The translations under genes and the position numbers were made by a program. This document shows, piece by piece, positions 35,965-46,007 of a stretch of DNA of 64,000 nt; the stretch's first letter is position 1, and every line of letters begins with the position of its first letter. Origin of the DNA: Rhodobiaceae bacterium (GTDB lineage: Bacteria > Pseudomonadota > Alphaproteobacteria > Rhizobiales > Aestuariivirgaceae); assembly GCA_031409595.1 (NCBI GenBank), contig JANNXN010000028.1, positions 948 to 64,947 on the forward strand. Direction: 5' to 3'. The notes beneath the pieces are model-generated. The model saw nothing but the letters and a program-made list of their open reading frames with translations. It searched no databases and had not been told where the DNA came from.

Positions 35965-37539
35965 ATGTCGAGGAAGGCAACTTCTGGTATTGGGCAACGG
36001 CCTTGGACCACAATGTGGCTCGCCTATTTTTTCATTGCAGCGTTCAATCTTGGGGCCATTCTATTTGGCCTGTATCTCAATCAGCAAGTGATGGCCTTGC
36101 ATCATCTCGGTGATCTCGCTGAGGCTGAGCATGATGCTCAACTGAATGCCTCGTTGTCCATTGCAAATCTCGCAATCGAAGCACAAACAGAATATGTTGG
36201 ATTATTCGATGCGGCTTCGTTGGACAACGCTGGCGTCATGTTCGCATCGAGAGTTGATGAATTTGCGGAGCAGACAGAGCTGCTGCGGCGCAGATTTGCA
36301 GGCAACGCCGACAAGCTTTCAGCGCAGAAGGCCAATTCCATACTTCAGGGCATGGACGCCAAAATGGCCGAAGTGAGAAAATCCGCGGCGGATGTTTCGG
36401 GCGCAATAAAAAACGGAAATACGGCTTTCGCCCAATCTGGCATTTCAAAGATGCAAGGCATCTATTCTGCATTGCGGATAGACACGACTGAACTCAACCG
36501 CTTGATTGGGCGCATCAAATCGAACGCAGTGCGGGAGTTGGAATTGCAAGCCTCCAGGCTGCAAAGACTTGAATATTTTGTCAGTATTACAATTATTTTG
36601 GTAACTTGCTGTTTTGTTGGATTTGGGTTTCTGACGGGCAGATGGCTGAAACGCAAATTTGCCGAGTTCGCAAAGATCAATGCCGAACTGGCAGAATCGA
36701 ATGAACAAGCGCTGGCATTTTCAAAGGAAATTCAGTTCATTAACAGTGATATGGACGCTCTTAACAAGCAACTCAACGAAAACATTGTGAAATTGCGTGA
36801 GGCCCAGGATGAGGCGCTTCGCAAGGGCAAGATGGCCCAACTTGGAAACCTCACGGCAACCGTCGCGCATGAATTGCGAAATCCGCTCAGCACCGTTCGA
36901 ACGTCAGCATATCTTCTCGCCCGCAAGATAAAGGATAAGGGGCTTGGCATTGAACCACAACTGCAACGCATCGATAGCGGCGTCATCAGATGTGACAATA
37001 TCATTACGCAGCTGCTGGATTTTTCGCGCTCCAAGCCAGTGAAGCCGGAGCCCATTGTTCTGGATGTCTGGCTTGAAAAGTTGATATCTGTGGAAGCGCA
37101 AAGACTGCCCGAGAGTGTGTCCATTGAGTGCTACTTCGGGCTTGGCAGCAGAATAGTGGAACTTGAGCCTGGCCGTTTTGAGCGGGCTATCATCAACTTG
37201 CTTTCAAATGCTTCCGAAGCGATGGTTGGCAAGGGAGATGATCCCAGAACCCGCGTTACCGCCAATCCGGTGATCACTATCAAAACTCTGCTGACGGCGC
37301 GTGGGGCAGAGATCATTGTGGCTGACAATGGCCCCGGCATTTCAAGTGAAAATATGCTCAAGGTCAGGGAGCCGCTGTTCACCACGAAGAACTTTGGCAC
37401 AGGCTTGGGAATTTCGGCTGTCGAGCAAATTCTTGAACAGCATAGCGGCGGATTTGACATCAGTTCCACCGAAGGCCATGGGGCGACCTTTGCTCTGTGG
37501 CTACCGCTGAAGTCAAATGTTGAAGAAGAAGCAGCGTGA
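35965..37539 (+). CDS. Sensor histidine kinase
   Basis: TM helix, helical-bundle sensor, second TM helix, coiled coil, H-box TATVAHELRNPLSTV, N-box LLSNASEAM, G-boxes DNGPGIS and GTGLGIS. Confidence 0.85.
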   Translation: MSRKATSGIGQRPWTTMWLAYFFIAAFNLGAILFGLYLNQQVMALHHLGDLAEAEHDAQLNASLSIANLAIEAQTEYVGLFDAASLDNAGVMFASRVDEFAEQTELLRRRFAGNADKLSAQKANSILQGMDAKMAEVRKSAADVSGAIKNGNTAFAQSGISKMQGIYSALRIDTTELNRLIGRIKSNAVRELELQASRLQRLEYFVSITIILVTCCFVGFGFLTGRWLKRKFAEFAKINAELAESNEQALAFSKEIQFINSDMDALNKQLNENIVKLREAQDEALRKGKMAQLGNLTATVAHELRNPLSTVRTSAYLLARKIKDKGLGIEPQLQRIDSGVIRCDNIITQLLDFSRSKPVKPEPIVLDVWLEKLISVEAQRLPESVSIECYFGLGSRIVELEPGRFERAIINLLSNASEAMVGKGDDPRTRVTANPVITIKTLLTARGAEIIVADNGPGISSENMLKVREPLFTTKNFGTGLGISAVEQILEQHSGGFDISSTEGHGATFALWLPLKSNVEEEAA

Positions 37540-38261
37540 CGAATTCCCTGCGGATACTCATTGTCGATGATGATGTCGCCAATGCCAATTCTTTGGGTGA
37601 ACTGTTTGAGTTGGAGGGGCATCGACCACTGGTTGTCTACGACGGTGAAAGCGCTATTGCGGCCTATGAAGCGGAGGATTTCGATATCGCATTCATGGAT
37701 GTCATGATGCCGGGAAAGAATGGCGTTGAAAGCTTCTTTGAAATCAGAAGTCTCAAGCCAACTGCCAAGATTTACATGATGACCGGCTATAGTGTTGAAC
37801 AGCTTTTGCAACAGGCCATTGATGGTGGCGCCATGGGGGTGCTTTCAAAGCCCGTGAATCTCTACCGGGTCCTGGAGGCTGTTGCGAATATCGGAGAGAC
37901 AGGCATCGTCGTTGTCTCTGATGATGATCCTGATTTTGGGGCGGGACTCAACCAGTTGAACAATCGCCAGGGATTTCGCTGCGAACTTGCTCAAACCGGG
38001 CAAGAAGCTGTGGCGCGCGCCAAGTCCGGCACTCTTGATGTACTCCTGCTTGATCTGAAACTGCCGCTCATTTACGGCATGGATGTCTACAGTACGTTGA
38101 GAAAACTCGGCGTGGATATCCCAACGATTATTGTTACGGGAAATGCCTTTGAAAACGACAGCAAGTCGTCGGCATTTGGTGACATTACCGTGACGGGAAT
38201 TTTGAACAAGCCATTTGATCCGATTCGATTACTGGAGCAGCTGGGTAGATTGGTGGCTTAG
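37536..38261 (+). CDS. Response regulator with two receiver domains and no output domain
   Basis: The GTG start overlaps the kinase TGA (GTGA). REC1: ILIVDDDV...FMDVMMPGKNG...SKPV. REC2: VVVSDDDP...LLLDLKLPLIYGMD...NKPF. Confidence 0.85.
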   Translation: MTNSLRILIVDDDVANANSLGELFELEGHRPLVVYDGESAIAAYEAEDFDIAFMDVMMPGKNGVESFFEIRSLKPTAKIYMMTGYSVEQLLQQAIDGGAMGVLSKPVNLYRVLEAVANIGETGIVVVSDDDPDFGAGLNQLNNRQGFRCELAQTGQEAVARAKSGTLDVLLLDLKLPLIYGMDVYSTLRKLGVDIPTIIVTGNAFENDSKSSAFGDITVTGILNKPFDPIRLLEQLGRLVA

Positions 38262-38347
38262 GCATTTTTGATTCTGTTGGCACTTGAAAATGTGAGCGCA
38301 GGCTCAATGGAAACTGAATAGTTGATCTGACAAGGTAGTGGGGGAAT

Positions 38348-38710
38348 ATGGGACGCAAACTTTCGATACTGGTTCTGGATGACAATGCGGAAAATGCCGA
38401 GGCATTGGCGGAGCTCCTGTCCATGGATGATCACAAAGTCAGCGTGGCTTACAGCGGCCAGGATGCGATCGACGCCTATCGGATGCGCAGTTTTGATCTG
38501 GGATTTTTTGATGTGATGATGCCGGGCAAAAATGGTGTCGACAGTTTTCTCGAAATTCGCGCCGAAAGGCCGGACGCCAAAATTTATTTCATGACCGGCT
38601 ATAGCGCTGATGAGCTTCTGAAAAAGGCCATGGCAGCGGGCGCCATGGGCGTTTTCGGCAAGCCGATTGACTTGCCGGGTGTTCTTGATGCCGTGGAGCG
38701 GGCTGCCTAG
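38348..38710 (+). CDS. Single-domain (CheY-like) response regulator
   Basis: ILVLDDNAE...FFDVMMPGKNGVDSFLEIRAERPDAKIYFMTGYSADELLKKAMAAGAMGVFGKPI. Clearly paralogous to REC1 of the preceding gene. Confidence 0.85.
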   Translation: MGRKLSILVLDDNAENAEALAELLSMDDHKVSVAYSGQDAIDAYRMRSFDLGFFDVMMPGKNGVDSFLEIRAERPDAKIYFMTGYSADELLKKAMAAGAMGVFGKPIDLPGVLDAVERAA

Positions 38711-38715
38711 TTTTT

Positions 38716-39927
38716 TCAGCCCGCAGCTTTTTGAAGGTTTTGATCGATTGCGTCGATGAAGCCTTCGGTTGAAAGCCAGGTTTGCTCCGGGCCCACCAGC
38801 ACCGCCAAATCTTTGGTCATGCCGCCTGCTTCAATGGTTGCAATTGTAACGGCCTCAAGGGTTGTTGCAAATTTTGCCAGGGCTGTATTGTCATCCAGCT
38901 TGGCGCGATGTTTCAGGCCGCCGGTCCAGGCAAAAATTGATGCGGCGGAATTGGTTGATGTCTGTTTGCCTTGCTGGTGCAGGCGGTAGTGACGCGTAAC
39001 GGTTCCGTGGGCCGCTTCGGCTTCAACCGTCTTGCCATCGGGGGTCATTAACACGGATGTCATGAGGCCCAGCGAGCCATATCCCTGCGCTACGAGATCT
39101 GACTGGACATCGCCATCATAGTTCTTGCAGGCCCAGACGTATCCGCCGGTCCATTTCATGGCAGAGGCCACCATGTCGTCAATCAGGCGATGCTCATAGG
39201 TGATGCCTGCCTTGTCGAAATCGGTTTTGAATTCGGCGTCAAAAATGGCCTGGAATATATCCTTGAAGCGGCCATCATAGGCTTTGAGGATGGTGTTCTT
39301 GGTTGAGAGGTACACCGGGTATTTGCGCAACAAGCCGTAGTTCAGGCTGGCGCGGGCGAACTCCTTGATCGAGTCGTCGAGATTATACATGGCCATGGCG
39401 ACGCCTTCGCCAGGTGATTTGAACACTTCCTTTTCGATCACGACGCCATCATCGCCCACGAATTTGATGGTGAGGGTGCCTTTGCCGGGGAAGGTAAAAT
39501 CTGTGGCGCGATATTGATCGCCAAATGCGTGGCGGCCGATGATGATGGGCTTGGTCCAGCCCGGCACAAGGCGCGGCACGTTTTTGCAGATGATGGGCTC
39601 GCGAAAAATGACGCCGCCCAGAATGTTCCGAATGGTGCCGTTGGGCGATTTCCACATCTGCTTGAGGGTGAATTCTTTGACGCGCGCTTCATCAGGCGTG
39701 ATGGTGGCGCATTTTATGCCAACGCCATGCTTCTTGATGGCGTTGGCTGAATCGATCGTCACCTGGTCATTGGTGGCGTCGCGGTTTTCAATTGAGAGGT
39801 CGTAGTAATGCAAATCAACGTCAAGATAGGGGTGGATGAGTTTCTTCTTGATCAAATCCCAAATGATGCGCGTCATTTCATCGCCATCGAGTTCGACAAC
39901 AGGATTAGCGACTTTTATTTTAGCCAT
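38716..39927 (-). CDS. icd: NADP-dependent isocitrate dehydrogenase (eukaryote-like IDH1/2 type)
   Basis: [23 protein letters not shown]...GTIRNILGG...; about 403 aa from ATG 39927. The 42-aa N-terminal extension in the track ORF is rejected. Confidence 0.95.
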   Translation of the reverse strand: MAKIKVANPVVELDGDEMTRIIWDLIKKKLIHPYLDVDLHYYDLSIENRDATNDQVTIDSANAIKKHGVGIKCATITPDEARVKEFTLKQMWKSPNGTIRNILGGVIFREPIICKNVPRLVPGWTKPIIIGRHAFGDQYRATDFTFPGKGTLTIKFVGDDGVVIEKEVFKSPGEGVAMAMYNLDDSIKEFARASLNYGLLRKYPVYLSTKNTILKAYDGRFKDIFQAIFDAEFKTDFDKAGITYEHRLIDDMVASAMKWTGGYVWACKNYDGDVQSDLVAQGYGSLGLMTSVLMTPDGKTVEAEAAHGTVTRHYRLHQQGKQTSTNSAASIFAWTGGLKHRAKLDDNTALAKFATTLEAVTIATIEAGGMTKDLAVLVGPEQTWLSTEGFIDAIDQNLQKAAG

Positions 39928-40036
39928 TTGGGAAACCTCATGATTTGCGCGGGAATTTGGGGTTGCTATAGCAGGCGTATTTGCATCTAGAAAGAGAGTT
40001 TTTGACAAACACGTCTGCCCCGTGGCACGAGGGGGC

Positions 40037-41254
40037 ATGGCGGCTTCTTCCAATGCTTTTCATCATAGACCTTACGTATTTTACATGCTGGCCCTGGGTG
40101 CGGCTGGATTTGCTGTGCAGATCGTGTCGGTTTCTGTGGGGTGGCAGGTCTATGACCTGACGCGCGATCCGCTTGACCTCGGTTTTGTGGGATTGGCGCA
40201 GTTCCTGCCGGCGTTGCTGATGGTTCTCGTTACCGGGTTGGTGGCTGACAAATTCAATCGCCGCATGATCATTGCAATTTGCTTGGCCATTGAAGTGCTG
40301 TGCGCTGCTGGTTTTCTGTACATTGCGATTGAGGCAGGGCTGGGTGTCTTGCCGATATTCGGCATATTGGTGCTCTTGGGTTTTGCGCGGGCCTTCTTGA
40401 ATCCGGCCGCCGATGCCTTGGCTCCCAACCTTTTGCCGCCAGAAGCCATTGCGCACGGCATATCGCTGAACAGCATGATCTGGCAGGTGACCAGCATTAC
40501 GGGGCCGGTGGCGGGTGGATTGTTGTATGGTGTTTCTGGTTCAACGGCCTATGGCAGCGCCATTGTGCTCTTGTCACTTGCTGCGGTGTTTGTGTTTTTT
40601 ATTGGCTCTGTTCCGCAGGAGAACCATGCGCAGGAAACCAATCTTGCAACGCTGCTAGCCGGGTTCAAGTTCATCCGGCATGAGAAAGTTGTGCTGGGCG
40701 CCATCTCGCTGGATTTGTTTGCCGTGTTGTTGGGAGGTGCAGTGGCGCTCATGCCGGTTTATGCGCGCGATATTCTGGACGTGGGGCCATGGGGGCTTGG
40801 CCTCCTTCGCTCATCGCCCGGCATAGGAGCGGTTGCTGTTGCGCTTTACCTGGCGAGTTTTCCGATCAAGGACAGGGCGGGGGCCATCCTGTTTGTCTGC
40901 GTCGGGTTGTTTGGGTTTTTCACGCTGGTGTTTGGCCTTTCGACCTATGTGCCCCTGTCGATTGCCGCCCTCATGCTGATGGGCGGGTTTGACATGGTGA
41001 GCGTTTATGTGCGCGAAACACTGATGCAGCTTTGGACGCCAGACAATGTCAGGGGCAGGGTGAACGCGGTGAACCGGGTTTTCATCGGGGCGTCAAACGA
41101 ACTGGGCGAATTTCGCGCTGGTGTCATGGCAGCCATTATTGGCACCGTGGCAGCGGTTGCCGTTGGTGGCGCTGGAACCATGGCGGTTGCCGGGTTGTGG
41201 GCCCGGTGGTTCCCGCAATTGCGGGTGATAAAGAAGTTGAGCGGGCGTTCGTAA
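40037..41254 (+). CDS. MFS transporter
   Basis: About 12 predicted TM helices with loop motif [15 protein letters not shown] 40037 has GAGGGGG upstream (the track starts at GTG 40022). Confidence 0.8.
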   Translation: MAASSNAFHHRPYVFYMLALGAAGFAVQIVSVSVGWQVYDLTRDPLDLGFVGLAQFLPALLMVLVTGLVADKFNRRMIIAICLAIEVLCAAGFLYIAIEAGLGVLPIFGILVLLGFARAFLNPAADALAPNLLPPEAIAHGISLNSMIWQVTSITGPVAGGLLYGVSGSTAYGSAIVLLSLAAVFVFFIGSVPQENHAQETNLATLLAGFKFIRHEKVVLGAISLDLFAVLLGGAVALMPVYARDILDVGPWGLGLLRSSPGIGAVAVALYLASFPIKDRAGAILFVCVGLFGFFTLVFGLSTYVPLSIAALMLMGGFDMVSVYVRETLMQLWTPDNVRGRVNAVNRVFIGASNELGEFRAGVMAAIIGTVAAVAVGGAGTMAVAGLWARWFPQLRVIKKLSGRS

Positions 41255-41262
41255 ACGCCTCA

Positions 41263-42093
41263 TCAGGTTGCCATCGAAGGAGTGGGTGAGCGTGGCCTTC
41301 CCGCCAGTTTGGTGAGCAGGAAAATTGCCGCAAGTGTTGCGACATAAACTAGCAACTGGAGTGCTGATGGCTGGTCGCTATAGCCCACCAATGTGTGCAG
41401 GACGAGACCGAGGATGCTCTTCTCCGAAATGATTGATGATGCATCCCAGACGGTGTTTCCGAGCACTTCGACGAGGCCGGCTTTTTCCAGAAATGCGGCT
41501 GACTGGGCGGCCATGCCGGCGGCCAGAAAGGCAATGAGCCAGCTTGTGAAAGAGAAGAGAAGGCGCGTGGGGATGCGCAACAGGCCGAAATAGGTGAGGC
41601 CGGAAATCAGGCCACCGAGCGCCAGCCCGGCCACACCACCTGCAACAAAATTTGCCGCTGATCCATCGCCGCTGATTGCGACGCCATAGAGAAACAACAC
41701 CACTTCGGAACCTTCGCGCAGAACTGCGGCGCCAACCACAATGGCCAAGGCAAACAGCGGCTTCTTGCCTTCGAGAACTTCGCGTCCTGCCTGTTTCAAT
41801 TCGCTGACCAGGGAGCGGCCATGTTGCGCCATCCAGATATTGTGCCAGGTGAGCATGACGACGGCGGTTGCCAGGATTGCGGCATTGGAGATTTCCTGGC
41901 CGAAGCCCTCGAAAGCCTGGGCGATGGTTCCGGTGAAAACCGCCACGATGCAGCTTCCCAGAATTCCAGCGAGTGCCCCGCCAAAGATCCACCGGCGGCT
42001 GCCGTGTATGCTTTGTGTTGCGGCGAGTACGATGCCGATGATGAGGCCCGCTTCAATGACCTCGCGAAATACAATGATGAGTGCGCCAATCAC
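41263..42093 (-). CDS. FTR1-family high-affinity iron permease (EfeU/FtrC-like)
   Basis: Two REXXE motifs (FREVIEAG and LREGSEVV) in a 7-TM protein of 276 aa. Confidence 0.85.
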   Translation of the reverse strand: MIGALIIVFREVIEAGLIIGIVLAATQSIHGSRRWIFGGALAGILGSCIVAVFTGTIAQAFEGFGQEISNAAILATAVVMLTWHNIWMAQHGRSLVSELKQAGREVLEGKKPLFALAIVVGAAVLREGSEVVLFLYGVAISGDGSAANFVAGGVAGLALGGLISGLTYFGLLRIPTRLLFSFTSWLIAFLAAGMAAQSAAFLEKAGLVEVLGNTVWDASSIISEKSILGLVLHTLVGYSDQPSALQLLVYVATLAAIFLLTKLAGRPRSPTPSMAT

Positions 42094-42104
42094 GGAATTG
42101 TTCC

Positions 42105-42449
42105 TTATTCTGCTATGACGTAGCCTTTGGCCACGTCTTCCTGATACTCATCGACAAAAAGATATTTGCCGGGCGCCAGCGCCTTTACACGCACGACAAT
42201 CGACGAATTTCCGGCTGCGACCTTTTCGATTTTCAACTCTTTTGCCTCCAGCTCGACGGGCGCTGCGTTGGCATTGGTCATCTTGATCATGAAGGGCTTG
42301 TTGGCAGGCACTTTTATCTCTGCCGGGGTGAAGGACTTGTCTTTTAGTGTTGTTTCGTATGTGACAATGTCTTCAGCCCGCAAGGGCGAGGCTGTGGCGA
42401 CTGCAAGGGTGAGGCCAAAGAGGACGGGGGCAATGCTGCGCGACAACAT
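42105..42449 (-). CDS. Periplasmic cupredoxin-like protein (FtrB / EfeO-N-domain-like)
   Basis: 114 aa, signal peptide ...ATASPLRA, beta-rich. Located 11 nt upstream of the FTR1 permease, as in cupredoxin-FTR1 iron uptake modules. Confidence 0.6.
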   Translation of the reverse strand: MLSRSIAPVLFGLTLAVATASPLRAEDIVTYETTLKDKSFTPAEIKVPANKPFMIKMTNANAAPVELEAKELKIEKVAAGNSSIVVRVKALAPGKYLFVDEYQEDVAKGYVIAE

Positions 42450-42481
42450 TAAGTTTGCTCCTATGGGGCGAGGTTATTAAT

Positions 42482-42498
42482 CCGACTAATTTAGTCGG
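42482..42498. promoter_or_regulatory. Perfect 8-1-8 palindrome CCGACTAA-T-TTAGTCGG upstream of the iron-uptake genes (candidate operator)
   Basis: Read directly from the sequence. It lies 33-49 nt upstream of the cupredoxin ATG (42449), flanked by TTAAT on both sides. Confidence 0.35.
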
Positions 42499-42649
42499 TT
42501 AATTTGCTGGCGACGGAATGTCAAGTCAGATTTTCTGAAAACCCAATAAAAACCACATATTAGAATGATTATAATTTGAAACTGGGAAAGGCGGCGGGGT
42601 TTGCAAATGCACTTTCGAAACGGAACCATTCCCGCTATCCCTCCGCTTG

Positions 42650-43465
42650 ATGGCAGGCACTGACAAGACGCAGAAACAGGTTTTGGGGCCCGCACCCCTT
42701 GTGGTGCTGGCGCATCCGCAACTTGGCGAGAATATCGGCACGGCGGCGCGCGCCATGGCGAATTTTGGCCTGCATGAAATGCGGCTGGTGGCGCCCAGGG
42801 ATGGCTGGCCCAATGAAAAAGCGCTGAACGCATCATCGGGCGCCCATTGGATTGTTGAGGGGGCCAAGGTTTACGATGATGTGGCGGCCTCCCTCGGGGA
42901 CGTGAATTATGTCTACGCTACCACGGCGCGCCCGCGCGACATGATCAAGGGCGTGATCACGCCGGAGCAGGCGGGCCATGATATGCGGGCGCGCATCGGG
43001 CGGGGCGAAAAAATTGCGATGCTCTTCGGGCGTGAACGCTTTGGCTTGAGCAATGAGGAGATTTCTTTAGCGGATGTTATTGTCACCGCACCTGTGAACC
43101 CGGCTTTTGCTTCGATCAATATTGCGCAGGCCGTTTTGCTGATGGGTTATGAGTGGTACAAGAATCAGGCGGAAACGCTAGGCCAACAAACCCACGAACT
43201 TGCGGCCCTTGATGGACCCGGACTGCAAATGCCCGATACGCGGCCAGCCACCAAGGATGAACTCTACGGTTTTTTTGACCATCTTGAGCGCGAGCTGGAT
43301 GAGGCCGGGTTTTTCAAGACAGACAAAAAGAAGCCAACGATGCTGCGCAATATTCGCAACCTGTTCATGCGGGCTGAATTGGCGGAGCAGGAGATAAAAA
43401 CATTGCGTGGCTTGGTATCTTCGCTCACGCGCACGCATCTCAGACGGAAGGAACCAAAGGAGTGA
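42650..43465 (+). CDS. SpoU/TrmH-family RNA 2'-O-methyltransferase (TrmJ-like)
   Basis: LVVLAHPQLGENIGTAARAMANFGLHEMRLVAP...LFGRERFGLSNEE...N(I)AQAV pattern. ATG 42650 (the track starts at TTG 42647). Confidence 0.8.
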   Translation: MAGTDKTQKQVLGPAPLVVLAHPQLGENIGTAARAMANFGLHEMRLVAPRDGWPNEKALNASSGAHWIVEGAKVYDDVAASLGDVNYVYATTARPRDMIKGVITPEQAGHDMRARIGRGEKIAMLFGRERFGLSNEEISLADVIVTAPVNPAFASINIAQAVLLMGYEWYKNQAETLGQQTHELAALDGPGLQMPDTRPATKDELYGFFDHLERELDEAGFFKTDKKKPTMLRNIRNLFMRAELAEQEIKTLRGLVSSLTRTHLRRKEPKE

Positions 43466-44280
43466 CCGTCCCACGCATCTTGATCTTTGATTCCGGCACG
43501 GGCGGATTGACCGTTGCATCCTGCGTTCGCACACAACTGCCAAACGCTGATTTGATTTATGCGGCCGACAACGCAGGTTTTCCCTATGGCGTATGGAAGG
43601 AAGATGCACTGGTTGCCCGGATATTGCATGTGATGGGCGCACTCATCGAAAGAACCAGACCCGATATTGTGGTCATCGCTTGCAATACAGCCTCAACGTT
43701 GGCCATGGTGGCTTTGCGGGAGAAGTTTCAAGTTCCATTTGTGGGAACCGTGCCTGCCATCAAGCCTGCGGCAGCGCAAACCAAGTCCAACGTGATTGGT
43801 GTTTTGGCAACCCCTGGAACAGTGAGCCGCGAATACACCCATGCACTCATTCACACTTATGCACTCCACTGCGAAGTCATTCTGCATGGTGCGAAGCGGC
43901 TAGCTGAAATTGCCGAGCGCAAACTCCTGGGGCAGGCGCCTGATCTTGAAGAGCTGCGCCAGGAGGTCACCCCAGTGTTTCGGACACGCGGCGGCAAGAG
44001 AACCGATGTTGTGGTTTTGGGGTGCACGCATTATCCGCTGCTGCTTGAGGAAATGAAACTGGTTGCACCCTGGGAGGTTGACTATCTCGATCCAGCACCT
44101 GCCATTGCGCGGCGGGTGGCCGATGTCTTGTCGACTATCAGGCTGGCAGGACCTGACGAAGCCGTTCCAAAGGCCAATACGCTGCTGCTTACCGCGCCCA
44201 ATGACGGCGCAAGAAAATCGCTAACAGCTTATGCCAACAAGGGTTTTTCGGTCCATGAATTCATCGATCTGCCGGTTTGA
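43462..44280 (+). CDS. murI: Glutamate racemase
   Basis: ILIFDSGTGGLTV, IACNTAST and LGCTHYPLL (the two catalytic Cys motifs). The GTG start overlaps the upstream TGA, with AAAGGAG RBS. Confidence 0.9.
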   Translation: MTVPRILIFDSGTGGLTVASCVRTQLPNADLIYAADNAGFPYGVWKEDALVARILHVMGALIERTRPDIVVIACNTASTLAMVALREKFQVPFVGTVPAIKPAAAQTKSNVIGVLATPGTVSREYTHALIHTYALHCEVILHGAKRLAEIAERKLLGQAPDLEELRQEVTPVFRTRGGKRTDVVVLGCTHYPLLLEEMKLVAPWEVDYLDPAPAIARRVADVLSTIRLAGPDEAVPKANTLLLTAPNDGARKSLTAYANKGFSVHEFIDLPV

Positions 44281-44403
44281 CATCCAGGGATTGCTCCGCT
44301 AGAAGCCCACCCTCGCTTGCCCGTGAGCTTTTCGGAGTTCTGTCGACTGGGAGACCAGAGGAGGAGGGTAGGTTCCAACTTAAATGGTTATGGAGAACCG
44401 TAA

Positions 44404-45021
44404 ATGACAAAGCGTCAACCCGCTAAGCACAAAATTGATCGCCGCATGGGCGAAAATATCTGGGGTCGTCCAAAGAGCCCGGTCAACAAGCGTGAATATG
44501 GCCCCGGCCAGCACGGCCAGCGCCGCAAGGGCAAAATGTCGGACTTCGGCATTCAGCTCAAGGCCAAGCAGAAGCTGAAAGGCTATTACGCCAATATTTC
44601 CGAACGCCAGTTCTCGAAGGTTTATGAGGAAGCCTCGCGCATGAAGGGCGATACGTCAGAGAACCTGATTGGTTTGCTGGAGCGCCGTCTGGATGCAATC
44701 ATCTACCGCGCCAAATTTGTTCCAACCATGTTTGCCGCCCGCCAGTTCGTCAGCCACGGCCATGTGAAGGTCAACGGTCGCCGCGTGACCATCGCTTCCA
44801 TGCGCATCAAGCCGGGCGATGCACTTGAGTTGACCGCCAAGTCCAAGGAACTTGTCATCGTTCTGGAAGCCGTTCAATTGGCCGAGCGTGATGTGCCGGA
44901 TTACGTGGAAGTTGATCACAAGGCGATGACGGCGAAACTGGTCCGCGTGCCTGCTTTGACCGACGTTCCTTACCCGGTTCAGATGGAGCCAAACTACGTG
45001 GTGGAATACTACTCACGTTAA
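44404..45021 (+). CDS. rpsD: 30S ribosomal protein S4
   Basis: 205 aa. ...[20 protein letters not shown]...ERQF... and the S4 RNA-binding domain [14 protein letters not shown]. Confidence 0.97.
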   Translation: MTKRQPAKHKIDRRMGENIWGRPKSPVNKREYGPGQHGQRRKGKMSDFGIQLKAKQKLKGYYANISERQFSKVYEEASRMKGDTSENLIGLLERRLDAIIYRAKFVPTMFAARQFVSHGHVKVNGRRVTIASMRIKPGDALELTAKSKELVIVLEAVQLAERDVPDYVEVDHKAMTAKLVRVPALTDVPYPVQMEPNYVVEYYSR

Positions 45022-45043
45022 TCTGCCTCAGATTTCGAGTTCC

Positions 45044-45072
45044 AAACGGCGGGGATTTTCTCCGCCGTTTGC
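45044..45072 (+). terminator. rpsD terminator hairpin (copy 1 of a duplicated hairpin)
   Basis: AAACGGCGGGGA-TTT-TCTCCGCCGTTT. Confidence 0.55.
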
Positions 45073-45126
45073 CTTTGGGCGCATTCTATGTTCAGATATT
45101 TGAGCTGGGGACCAAGGGGTAGGAAA

Positions 45127-45975
45127 ATGGACAAGATCAAAGCATTTTTTGGAATTCTGGCATTTTTTGTTTTTTGCTCGTCGGCTGTTGCGCAAGATCG
45201 ATGGATGACGATACCTGAACAGCCCGCCATGCCCGCGGCTGCTCAAAGTGGCTATGCACCTGTGAACGGCATTGAAATGTATTATGCGGCTTATGGCGTG
45301 GGCGAACCCATACTGCTGATCCACGGCGGACTTGGGCATGCCGACATATGGGCCAATCAGGTTATAGAGCTTTCGAAAACCAACCAGGTGATAGTTGCTG
45401 ATAGCCGTGGCCACGGGCGCTCATCGCGCGATGCGCAGGCTTTTGGTTACAGCCTGATGGCCTCCGATTTTGTTGCGTTGCTGGACTATCTCAAGATTGG
45501 CAAGGTTTCAATCGTCGGCTGGAGCGATGGTGGCATTATCGGCCTTGAAATTGCGATGAAACATCCCGAGCGCCTGAACAAGCTTTATGCGCAAGCCGCC
45601 AACGTGACGGTGGATGGTGTTGATCCAGCTGTTGCCAACAATGTTACCTTCAATGCCTATATTGAGCGCATGGGCAAGGACTATGCGAAGATGTCCAAGA
45701 CACCTGATCAATACGCAGCGTTCCTTGAGCAGATCAGCAAGATGTGGGCTTCGGAACCTGCGTGGACAAAGGAGCAGTTGGGCAAGATCACTGTGCCGAC
45801 GGCGATCGTTCTTGGCGATCACGACGAGGCGATCACGCGTGTCCATACGGATTACATGGCCAGCGTTATCCCGGGCGCCAAGCTCATCATTCTTCCGGAA
45901 GCAAGCCACTTCGCCATGTTGCAGGATCCGGCTGGTTACACCAAGTCTGTCGTGGATTTCTTCAAGGGGATGTGA
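45127..45975 (+). CDS. Secreted alpha/beta-fold hydrolase
   Basis: Signal peptide MDKIKAFFGILAFFVFCSSAVAQD, HGGLGH oxyanion region, nucleophile elbow VGWSDGG, late Asp/His (GDHDE, ASHFAM). ATG 45127 is preferred over 45088. Confidence 0.8.
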   Translation: MDKIKAFFGILAFFVFCSSAVAQDRWMTIPEQPAMPAAAQSGYAPVNGIEMYYAAYGVGEPILLIHGGLGHADIWANQVIELSKTNQVIVADSRGHGRSSRDAQAFGYSLMASDFVALLDYLKIGKVSIVGWSDGGIIGLEIAMKHPERLNKLYAQAANVTVDGVDPAVANNVTFNAYIERMGKDYAKMSKTPDQYAAFLEQISKMWASEPAWTKEQLGKITVPTAIVLGDHDEAITRVHTDYMASVIPGAKLIILPEASHFAMLQDPAGYTKSVVDFFKGM

Positions 45976-45981
45976 AAAATT

Positions 45982-46006
45982 CGGCGGAGTTTTCTCCGCC
46001 GTTTGC
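45982..46006. terminator. Bidirectional terminator hairpin (copy 2 of the duplicated hairpin)
   Basis: CGGCGGAG-TTTT-CTCCGCCG followed by TTTGC. It lies between the convergent hydrolase and Rieske genes. Confidence 0.5.
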
Positions 46007-46007
46007 T

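Noticed and set aside
38276-38292. TGGCAC upstream of the single-domain response regulator (possible sigma-54 -24 element)
   Set aside because: The -12 position reads AATG instead of TTGC at the required 5-nt spacing.
39928-40053. 42-aa N-terminal extension of the icd ORF
   Set aside because: The conserved IDH N-terminus ([23 protein letters not shown]) begins at ATG 39927. The extension would also overlap the divergent MFS promoter and start.
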